A stretch of 32,256 nucleotides of DNA from Clostridia bacterium (GTDB lineage: Bacteria; Bacillota; Clostridia; Christensenellales; CAG-138), in contig JAZNHI010000049.1 in the NCBI GenBank assembly GCA_045576895.1, positions 1 to 32,256 of the forward strand, given 5' to 3'. Positions 8,901 through 16,091 of the stretch are shown here, one piece after another. The notes beneath the pieces are model-generated. The model had not been told where the DNA came from. It saw nothing but the letters and a program-made list of their open reading frames with translations, and ran no database searches. The translations under genes and the position numbers were made by a program. Positions within the stretch are counted from its first letter, which is position 1, and the number at the start of each line of letters is the position of its first letter.

Positions 8901-11900
8901 GGTATTATCTGAAGCCGGGAGCGGAGGACTGGGTAAAGGTAACCACCAATGGCAGAGCTGCGACATATACCGTTAATACGAAAGCACGTCATAACGGATA
9001 CAAGTATCGCTGCGAAGCAAGCAATGGTGTCGGAACGACAATGTCGAGTACAGCAACGCTGACTGTCATTACGATGCCTGAAATTACCCAGCAGCCTTCG
9101 GATCAAACGGTTGCCATCGGAAAGATCGCGACATTCAAAGTGGCATCGCCAAATGCAGAAAGTTATCAGTGGTACTACAAAGCTCCGGGAACGGATGAAT
9201 GGAAACCTGTTACATCGAGCGCAGGTAAAACAGACACCTACAGCTTTAAAGCGGAAGCGCGTCATGACGGCTACATATATCGCTGCAAGATAACCAATGC
9301 GGTCGGAAGTATTGATTCAGACGAGGCTACGCTGACCGTTATTCCGAAGCCGACGATCACAAAACAGCCTGCAAGTATATCGGTATATGCGGGGCAAACG
9401 GCATCGTTCACAGTAGAAGCAACCAACGCGAAGACGTATCAGTGGTGGTACCTGGCGCCCGGGGTGGAGGAATGGGTAAAGGTAACCACCAATGGCAGGG
9501 CTGCAACGTATACCTTTACGACGGCAGAGCGACACAACGGCTATAAGTATCGCTGCGAGATTACCAACGACAGCGGTAAAGTCACGTCGAACACGGCAAC
9601 GCTGACCGTTATTCCGAAGCCGACGATCACAAAACAACCGTCGGATTGTACGGTCTATTTCGTTGGTACAGCGATGTTCAGCGTAACGGCAACAAATGCA
9701 ACGCAATATCAGTGGCAATTCCAGAAGCCCGGTGAAACGTCATGGACGGATTTGACCTCCGACAGCAGTCGTGAAGCTACTTACAGCTTCACGGCAAGAT
9801 GGCAGAACGGATATAAGTTCCGCTGCATCGTGAGCAATCCGGCTGGCAGCGTTACATCGCAAGCGGTCACACTGACGATTGTTCCGGCGCCGGTCATCAC
9901 GAGGCATCCCGCAGATCTGACGGTGATCGCCGGTCAAGTCGCTGAATTCAGGGTCGAAGCAACCGATGCTGTTACGTATCAGTGGTACTATCTGGCACCG
10001 GGAGCTGGAGAATGGACAAAGGTTACAACAAACGGGAGATCTGATACCTACAGCTTTACGACCGCGGCGCGGCATAACGGCTATCGGTATCGCTGCGAGG
10101 TCAAGAACCCAGCAGGCACGGTCACTTCGAACGAAGCGCTGTTGACCGTTGTTTCCGAACCGACGATCAGTACGCATCCGCAAAGCCAGACGGTTTATGC
10201 CGGTGAGGAAGTTACATTCATCGTCGTTTCCGGCAACGCCGAAAGCTATCAATGGTGGTATCTGGCGCCGGGAGCGGAGGAATGGCGCAAGGTAACCACC
10301 AATGGCAGAGCTGCGACATATACACTTAAGACAGAAGCGCGGCACAACGGCTACAAGTATTGCTGCGATGTTACAAATCTGGCAGGCACAAAGACCTCTA
10401 ATGTGGCAACATTGACGGTCATTCCGAAGCCGACGATCACTGCGCAGCCCGTGAATCAGTCGGTATATCTGGGTGAACAGGTCATATTCCGAGTTGAGGC
10501 AACGAACGCGGAGAGTTATCAGTGGCAGTTCTACGATCCCAAAGAAGACAATCCGGCTTGGATCGATATCCCGTCTGCAACGAATGCTCAGTATAGCTTC
10601 GTGATGGATGATGACTACGACGTCAACCGCTGTAGGTTCCGCTGTATCGTAAGCAACGGCGCCGGTTCCGTGACGTCGTCTGCGGCAACGCTGACGGTCA
10701 TTCCGAAGCCTACGATCACCACACAGCCGACGAACCAGAGTGTATATGCAGGCGATACCGTCACGTTCAGCATCGTAGCAAAGAATGCGACAAGCTATCA
10801 GTGGTACTATCTTGCCACGGGTTCAAGCGAATGGAAGGCGGTATCCTCTTCCGCAGGCAAACAGGCAACGTACAGCTTCACCGCGGAAGAAAGACACAAC
10901 GGATACAAGTACTACTGTGTAGCTGCAAATCCTTCGGGGAACACGAAGTCGGGAGAAGTCACGCTGACGATCCTGTACATCGCGCCGGAGATCATTGAAC
11001 AGCCGGAGGATCAGTATGTATCGCCGGGCGAATATGCTGTGTTCTGTATCTATGCCATCAATGCGGAAAGCTATCAGTGGCAATACAGGACTTCCGCATC
11101 GGGATCCTGGACGGATGTCTCGAGCGCAAGCGGCAAAACCGATACATACAGCTTTGAGGTTGCATCGCGTCACAACGGCTACCAGTATCGCTGTATCGTT
11201 AAAAACGGGACCGCAAGCGTTACGTCGAGTGTTGCTACACTGACGGTATATGAGCCTTGGCCCAGCATTACCACACAGCCGACAAATCAGACAGTCTACG
11301 CCGGCGATACGGTCACGTTCCGTGTAGTCGCCGTAAACGCAACGAGGTATCAGTGGTATTATAAGTCGTCCGGATCGAGCAGCTGGACACCTGCCACGTC
11401 GTCCTCCGGAAAAACGGCGACATACAGCTTCTCGGCACAGAGCGATCAAAACGGATACCAATTCTACTGTGAGGTGAGTAACGCTTCCGGCGATTCCGTC
11501 AATTCGAACATTGTCACGCTGACGGTTAATTCAGCGGAAATGTCCGGTCAGTGCGGCAGTAATCTTTACTGGACGTTCGAGAACGGTACGGTGACTATAA
11601 CCGGGTCCGGCAGCATGTATGATTATGATCCCGATTATGAGAATCCGTGGGTAACGAACGGAATCTCCAACGATATTACGTATGTCGATTTACCGGATGG
11701 ACTGACGTACATTGGATCATATGCGTTCTATTCCTGTCGTGAACTCAGTTATATCAGCATTCCGAGTCGTGTAACAAGGATCGGAGAAGGGGGATTTGAT
11801 CAATGTACAAGCCTCAGTTGGATTGACCTTCCGGTCAGCTTAACCGATATCGAAATATACGCTTTTTGCGCCTGCAATGAGTTGACAGATGTCTGGTACG

Positions 11901-12880
11901 ATGGAACGCAGACGCAGAAAGAACAGATAAACATAGGGTATTACAATGATCCGCTTTTGAACGCTACATGGCATTACAATGACCCGTACGACTTGGGAGA
12001 TGAGACATACTCGTTTGAAAACTATTCTGATAGTGATGCGGAAGGGCATTGCTTCGGAATGTCAATGACAAGTTCGTTTTATCATCTTGGACTGTTGGAC
12101 ATCAGCATAATAGGAGGGAATGCATATACGCCTTTGTATAGTTTCAGTGATACGTCAACCGTAAGGCGTCCGATCTGTCATTATCATGCTATACAAGGAT
12201 ATGAACGAGAATCCGCGACTGTTGCAGGTGGATACTGGTATTTACACGGTCAAGTGTATAATGCGGCTTCGGATTGGAACAGTGTTGTGAACTATGTCAA
12301 GGATCACAGTTACGATAACACCGGAAAGCTCCAGGTTGGAATCCGAAACAGTGTAGGCGGTCATGCAATCAATTTCCTGCGGTATGAGTACGTGAACGGA
12401 CAGGATAGAATCTATGTCTATGACAATAACTACCCGACGGTGGAATGCTATCTCTACAGGGATTCCTCCGGGAATATATGGGAGACGCCGTACTCATCCT
12501 TAGGCAGAACCCAGTCTATTCAATGTGTTGCACTGCGCGACTGCACTACGTACTACGGTCTTGCAGCAGAGTTTGACGGTACGCATGCGTTGTATGCGCC
12601 GAAAGGCGCTGTGACCATACCGGGATATGATTATTACGTAATGGATGGTTATATCAACGGTAAAGAATATGTCATGTATGAGATACCGTCAAATGTGGAA
12701 CAGATCACGATCATTCCGAACGGTGATAATGCAAGCTTTATCTACATGAATAAGGAGTACTGCTTTGAGAAGATCTCAAGCGGAGTGCAAGGTGAATTGA
12801 GGTTTGCGACAGTGAATAAACTCGGCATACTTACTGATGCCGAATTCCGGATTGTCAAACCCAATTCCGAAATAAAGTGA
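5927..12880 (+). CDS. Giant secreted multidomain protein: signal peptide, acidic region, Big_2, 16 Ig-like repeats, BspA-type LRRs, C-terminal putative cysteine-peptidase-like domain
   Basis: 2317-aa ORF. Sec signal MKKILSIILVILQLCLLFPAVA; E/P-rich segment; Big_2-like domain (~6919-7160); repeats P-x-I/F-T-x-QP...YQW...Y-x-C...TLTV; LRR_5 units (LPDGLTYIGSYAF) with SGQCG...W cap; C-terminal GHCFGMS / GHAI / YVYDNNYP. Confidence 0.9.
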   Translation: MKKILSIILVILQLCLLFPAVAETVEPETNTSVTYELRTEESTENPEEEEIGGTSDETDDPTDVAEEPTEEPEEPVEEPTEDPEADIEEPANESDWEKILSAGIVDSDETIKLNGDLVLPAEQTVVLRSGELVLEKDASLTIEGVLAIEGGRLLVSKGAVLTNHNRILLTKTGSLCVKGKYHQSTDAVFSWDGAEKTTSVEGVDAQWIDRRVSADPDHTITRGEFRTLTVVIGAVDLRSETVDKKQQKVVFSVNGEDAKDTVIRYRLFPSDANEKEIDWIECDVSDAQEIMISESGVLEAETGDKSFGASIEYVFETESKPETPVEPEKHAELTITAPQTSVSIDEELQLSATLTTDETEDVDVAWSCEAGTGEGIIDEDGVFTGLSEGTVTVYAVTQDGSELTQSIEITVNAYTSAPRITTQPVNKTVLPGEVAEFSVVASNATKYQWYYLAPGSETWTAVSASSGKTASYSLTAAARHNGYQYRCEVSNNAGSVTSKAVTLTVLLPVSIVAQPTDQTVNVGETVTFTIEAANATKYEWQYLAPGADTWSVVTAASGKTAQYSFTTAARHNGYKYRCEVSNSLGAVISNEVVLTVITAPTITAQPTDQTVNAGDLVTFTVTAMYAKQYQWYYLATGTDEWKPVTSTGGKLDTYSFSTAARHDGYQYRCVVSNDNESVTSDTVTLTVITAPKFTTQPESQTVNVGETATFTVVVKHATKYQWYYLAPGAEDWAKVSRNGTAATYTFTTAERHDGYQYRCEAGNSIGATMSSTVTLTVITAPKFTKQPANKTVNVGETATFTVVAKHATKYQWYYLAPGAEDWVKVTTNGRAATYTVNTEARHDGFQYRCEASNNIGATMSSTVTLTVITAPKFTKQPENKTVNVGETATFTVVAKHATQYQWYYLAPGAEDWAKVSQNGTAATYTFTTAARHDGYQYRCEASNSIGATMSSTVTLTVITAPKFTKQPEDQTVVVGNTVTFTVVATQTTQYQWYYLKPGAEDWVKVTTNGRAATYTVNTKARHNGYKYRCEASNGVGTTMSSTATLTVITMPEITQQPSDQTVAIGKIATFKVASPNAESYQWYYKAPGTDEWKPVTSSAGKTDTYSFKAEARHDGYIYRCKITNAVGSIDSDEATLTVIPKPTITKQPASISVYAGQTASFTVEATNAKTYQWWYLAPGVEEWVKVTTNGRAATYTFTTAERHNGYKYRCEITNDSGKVTSNTATLTVIPKPTITKQPSDCTVYFVGTAMFSVTATNATQYQWQFQKPGETSWTDLTSDSSREATYSFTARWQNGYKFRCIVSNPAGSVTSQAVTLTIVPAPVITRHPADLTVIAGQVAEFRVEATDAVTYQWYYLAPGAGEWTKVTTNGRSDTYSFTTAARHNGYRYRCEVKNPAGTVTSNEALLTVVSEPTISTHPQSQTVYAGEEVTFIVVSGNAESYQWWYLAPGAEEWRKVTTNGRAATYTLKTEARHNGYKYCCDVTNLAGTKTSNVATLTVIPKPTITAQPVNQSVYLGEQVIFRVEATNAESYQWQFYDPKEDNPAWIDIPSATNAQYSFVMDDDYDVNRCRFRCIVSNGAGSVTSSAATLTVIPKPTITTQPTNQSVYAGDTVTFSIVAKNATSYQWYYLATGSSEWKAVSSSAGKQATYSFTAEERHNGYKYYCVAANPSGNTKSGEVTLTILYIAPEIIEQPEDQYVSPGEYAVFCIYAINAESYQWQYRTSASGSWTDVSSASGKTDTYSFEVASRHNGYQYRCIVKNGTASVTSSVATLTVYEPWPSITTQPTNQTVYAGDTVTFRVVAVNATRYQWYYKSSGSSSWTPATSSSGKTATYSFSAQSDQNGYQFYCEVSNASGDSVNSNIVTLTVNSAEMSGQCGSNLYWTFENGTVTITGSGSMYDYDPDYENPWVTNGISNDITYVDLPDGLTYIGSYAFYSCRELSYISIPSRVTRIGEGGFDQCTSLSWIDLPVSLTDIEIYAFCACNELTDVWYDGTQTQKEQINIGYYNDPLLNATWHYNDPYDLGDETYSFENYSDSDAEGHCFGMSMTSSFYHLGLLDISIIGGNAYTPLYSFSDTSTVRRPICHYHAIQGYERESATVAGGYWYLHGQVYNAASDWNSVVNYVKDHSYDNTGKLQVGIRNSVGGHAINFLRYEYVNGQDRIYVYDNNYPTVECYLYRDSSGNIWETPYSSLGRTQSIQCVALRDCTTYYGLAAEFDGTHALYAPKGAVTIPGYDYYVMDGYINGKEYVMYEIPSNVEQITIIPNGDNASFIYMNKEYCFEKISSGVQGELRFATVNKLGILTDAEFRIVKPNSEIK
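7175..11530 (+). repeat. 16 tandem ~90-aa Ig-like domain repeats (~270 bp)
   Basis: Counted 16 units in the translation. Units 4-7 recur at an exact 270-bp period (gacggtcat..ac.gctcc.aaattcac at 7981, 8251, 8521, 8791). Confidence 0.92.
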
Positions 12881-12945
12881 AGCAGAGCTTGCGGCGACTC
12901 AATATCAACAGTTGGTGTTGAGTTTGAAAAAGAAACAAATAAGGA

Positions 12946-12980
12946 AACGAATCCACCGTCCTACGGGCGGTGGATTCGTT
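12946..12980. terminator. Hairpin downstream of the giant gene
   Basis: AACGAATCCACCGTCC, loop TAC, GGGCGGTGGATTCGTT (one U-G pair); a weaker stem lies at 12897-12923. Confidence 0.6.
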
Positions 12981-12982
12981 GC

Positions 12983-13622
12983 GGAGAAATGGCGATCGTT
13001 TCCTATGACGCAGACGGCGCGATGATCGGCATGACCTTGTGCATACATATCGCAGAGCAACTGTTGCCGTAGAATCCGGTTCTGTGACTGTTTGCATCAA
13101 CGATGAGGACAATACGAATGAAGTCCGGAGCAATGAAGATGCACGCGGCAAGTACAGCATTCGCCGCATCTCCGAAAAGGATCGTTATCAGAAGGTGGAA
13201 TATAGAGGTGTCGCCGATGGAAATGCTGTGTTGATGGGTGTAAAAAATGATATGCTTGAACTTGAAGCAGCTACTGCTAAAGACCTGAAGGTAAATGGCG
13301 TTGAGATTTTACTGAATCCGAACAAGAATCGGCAAAAGGTGAATTCAATGTCAATTATGACATGACCTTTTCGGAAAACCATGAGGTATCGCTTGAACTG
13401 AATAATCTCTCGGACATAGCAGTCAATGGAGAACTGGCTATTATTTCTTACGATGAAAATGGTGAAATGCTTGGGCTGATTCTGCAGAATGTCACGCTTG
13501 AAGTTAACAAGCCAAATGCTTTCCGGAGGTAATTCATTTCGGGCACAGCAAAAGTCAAATTGACGATCATGGATCCGCAAAGCTGCAGGATACTGTACTG
13601 TGCTGAACTCTATGAAAAGTAA
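12983..13622 (+). pseudogene. Truncated, frameshifted remnant(s) of a surface-protein gene 3' end
   Basis: Manual translation: GEMAIVSYDADGAMIGMTL (12983-13039); frameshift into the 13039 ORF; frameshift near 13320 into EFNVNYDMTFSENHEVSLELNNLSDIAVNGELAIISYDENGEMLGLILQNVTLEV; in-frame TAA at 13530; continues FISGTAKVKLTIMDPQSCRILYCAELYEK to TAA 13620-13622. No signal peptide or clear start. Confidence 0.6.
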
Positions 13623-13649
13623 AAAAATAATCGATCCATTCTTTGATTT

Positions 13650-13673
13650 GCGCCCCGAAAGGGGCGCTTTTTT
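13650..13673 (+). terminator. Intrinsic terminator
   Basis: GCGCCCC, GAAA, GGGGCGC, followed by TTTTTT. Confidence 0.9.
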
Positions 13674-13757
13674 GCTGCTTTTGAGCGCTTGACATAAAAT
13701 TGAAACAGAATCGGGGAAAACTGTTCACAAAGATAACGCAGATTGTTCAAATCAGGG

Positions 13758-13766
13758 TGCTATGAT
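13758..13766 (+). promoter_or_regulatory. Possible extended -10 promoter for beta-propeller gene 1
   Basis: TGCTATGAT (TGn-TATGAT) with no well-spaced -35; would give a leader of about 285 nt. Confidence 0.35.
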
Positions 13767-14058
13767 AAATACGATGGAAAGGAATAGGGTAACTGCTGCC
13801 GACGGAAAAACGATCGGATCTGCTCAAGATATAGCGAACGGAGAACTCGCTGTACGCAATATACGGCAGAATCGACGGCAATTACGATCCCGCTTTCGAT
13901 CCTGCAAGAAAAAATGCGGTAAAATTTTCCAGCCAAAAGATGCGCACAAAGATGAATGATTCCTCATGCCCGGAAAATTTCTGCAGAGAGGACAACCCCT
14001 TTCGGGCATGATTCGGATCCGCAGCGAGCCTGCTGCGGAATAGATCTCAGGAGGAGCT

Positions 14059-15963
14059 ATGGCACAGCAACATAAGAAAAAAAGAAAGAAAAGGATACAG
14101 CCGAGGTTTTATGTGATCATATCGATCTTCCTTTTGTTGGTATTGATCCTGATCGTGCTGATCGTGTGGACGGTCGGAAGCTGTATTGCAGAACGTCGGA
14201 ATGAAGAACAGTTCCGGAATCAGATCAAGGAACGGCAGGACGCTTTCAACGAAGAGGTACGGGATAATCCGAGCGGGTATTCCGGTGTCGAACTGGAGAC
14301 GATCACCTACGAGGAGTATAAGAGCGGCAAGACGATCCCACCGGTACCGACGCCTATCCCGACGCCCACGCCCACGCCGAAGCCCACGCCGCATATGGTC
14401 GCGGACTCCAATCCCGAGCAGTACGGATTTGTACCGCATCTGCAGGTGGAGGGGCAGGAGGTCATGGCGAACAGCTATCTGCGGACCGATCCGATCGAAT
14501 TCCCCAATGCAGATGATTACAATGCGGAAACGGTCAACGGTATTCTTACATTCCGCGGAAACAACTGGAGAAACGCTTCCGGCGTCGGCACAGTTAATCT
14601 GACGGAAAACAAGCTGACCAAAGTCTGGGATTATAAGATCGGATCGCTTGCAAAGGGAAGCGGAGGCAGCAGCTGGTCCGGCTGCGGCTGGACCGGTCAG
14701 CCCCTGATCGTGCAGTGGCCCAAGGAAACACGCCGGATCATGAATATGTATGATTGGGCAAAAGAGAAGGATGACCTTGTTGAAGTAATCTATCCGACGG
14801 AAGACGGCAACATCTACTTCCTTGATCTTGAAACAAACCGGGAAACGCGTAACAAGATCGTGATGAACGTACCGTTCAAAGGCACCGGCAGCATCGATCC
14901 GCGCGGCTATCCGCTGCTGTACTGCGGGTCCGGGGATCAGTATGAACAGGACAGCCAGAAATCGCGCGCCTTCATCATTTCGCTGATCAACGGCAACGTC
15001 CTGTACGAATTCGGCAAGCAGGGAACGGACTCCTTTGCAAGACGCAAGTGGTATGCGTATGACTCTGCGCCGCTGGTCGACGCCAAGACGGACACGCTGA
15101 TTTATCCGGCGGAGAACGGCATCGTCTATACGATGAAGCTGAATACCAATTATAATCCGGAGATCGGTTCGATCTCGGTCGCTCCGTCCGATTTCGTCAA
15201 GTTCCGTTATGACTGCAACAACATCTATGACGAGATCGACAAAGCGGATTCCACGCATAAGTGGCAGGGATACGAAGGCAGCGCGGTTGCATGGAACGGA
15301 TTCCTGTATCTTTCCAGCAATGACGGCATGTTCCAGTGCATCGACCTCAATACGATGCAGGTCGTTTGGATCGCAAACACCGAAGACGATACAAACGGCA
15401 GCCCCGTGCTGGATGTGATCTCAGAGACCGAAGCATATCTCTATGTCGGGACCTCGCTGCACTTCATGAAGGATAAGAACAATCAGGGCATTGCTCCGTT
15501 CTTCAAGATCGACGCCATGACGGGCGAGATCAAAGGCCGTTACGGGCTTACGGTGTTCACGGTCTCCGGCGTGTCCGGCGGCATACAGGCGACGGCAGTC
15601 GTCGGAAAACAGGGAAGCAACATCTCCGACCTCGTGATCGTGCCGATCGCACGGTATAAGGACAAGGATGCGGGAATCCTCGTCGCACTCGATAAAAACA
15701 CGTTTGAAGTTCGTTGGAAGATGGATATGGACGCCTATTCATGGTCCAGTCCCGCAGTTGTTTACAGCAGCGACGGAACCGGATACATCATCCAGACGGA
15801 TTCCAAAGGCTATATCTTCCTGATCGACGGCGCATCGGGACGCGTGCTTGATACGCTTCGTCCGACAGACAGCAACTTCGAGGCGTCGCCTGCCGTCTTC
15901 GGCAACATGATCGTTGTCGGCTGCCGCGGCGATCAGATGATCTTCGGCATTCGCCTTTCCTGA
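14059..15963 (+). CDS. Membrane-anchored PQQ-like (BamB-type repeat) beta-propeller protein, paralog 1
   Basis: RBS AGGAGG; basic N-terminus and one TM helix; (PT)n linker; repeated blade motifs (YDSAPLV, TNGSPVL, SWSSPAV, FEASPAV, LVALD..T.EVRW, IFLIDGASGRVL). Confidence 0.8.
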   Translation: MAQQHKKKRKKRIQPRFYVIISIFLLLVLILIVLIVWTVGSCIAERRNEEQFRNQIKERQDAFNEEVRDNPSGYSGVELETITYEEYKSGKTIPPVPTPIPTPTPTPKPTPHMVADSNPEQYGFVPHLQVEGQEVMANSYLRTDPIEFPNADDYNAETVNGILTFRGNNWRNASGVGTVNLTENKLTKVWDYKIGSLAKGSGGSSWSGCGWTGQPLIVQWPKETRRIMNMYDWAKEKDDLVEVIYPTEDGNIYFLDLETNRETRNKIVMNVPFKGTGSIDPRGYPLLYCGSGDQYEQDSQKSRAFIISLINGNVLYEFGKQGTDSFARRKWYAYDSAPLVDAKTDTLIYPAENGIVYTMKLNTNYNPEIGSISVAPSDFVKFRYDCNNIYDEIDKADSTHKWQGYEGSAVAWNGFLYLSSNDGMFQCIDLNTMQVVWIANTEDDTNGSPVLDVISETEAYLYVGTSLHFMKDKNNQGIAPFFKIDAMTGEIKGRYGLTVFTVSGVSGGIQATAVVGKQGSNISDLVIVPIARYKDKDAGILVALDKNTFEVRWKMDMDAYSWSSPAVVYSSDGTGYIIQTDSKGYIFLIDGASGRVLDTLRPTDSNFEASPAVFGNMIVVGCRGDQMIFGIRLS

Positions 15964-15977
15964 TCCGGATCCGAAAC

Positions 15978-16009
15978 GGTCCCCTTTCGCACACTTGCGG
16001 AAGGGGACC
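15978..16009 (+). terminator. Hairpin after beta-propeller gene 1
   Basis: GGTCCCCTTTCGCA, loop CACT, TGCGGAAGGGGACC, then TGTTCAGTTTT. Confidence 0.7.
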
Positions 16010-16055
16010 TGTTCAGTTTTAACGGAAATGTCGAAAATAGTTTGCATTTTCGGCG

Positions 16056-16084
16056 TTGCGAATAAGCGCGGAATACGGTATAAT
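16056..16084 (+). promoter_or_regulatory. sigmaA promoter, probably giving a leaderless mRNA
   Basis: TTGCGA, 17-nt spacer, TATAAT, then 7 nt (ACAAAAC) and ATG 16092; no Shine-Dalgarno. Confidence 0.7.
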
Positions 16085-16091
16085 ACAAAAC

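Noticed and set aside
7175-11530. Repeats as a CRISPR array or DGR template/variable pair
   Set aside because: They are in-frame 270-bp protein domains with no spacer structure, no evident adenine-specific mismatch pattern, and no cas or reverse transcriptase gene in the window.
13745-13753. GTTCAAATC matching the tRNA T-loop (118-126) as a possible att site bounding an island
   Set aside because: Only 9 bp, plausible by chance in 32 kb. The rest of the tRNA 3' end is not duplicated and there is no integrase.
13689-13815. TTGACA at 13689 and ECF-like -35 elements (TGAAAC 13701, GGTAAC 13788) upstream of beta-propeller 1
   Set aside because: No correctly spaced -10 (TAnnnT, or CGT/CGAC) follows them.
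13762-13959. 65-aa ORF in the beta-propeller leader
   Set aside because: No RBS, its start overlaps the putative -10, and the sequence is not protein-like.
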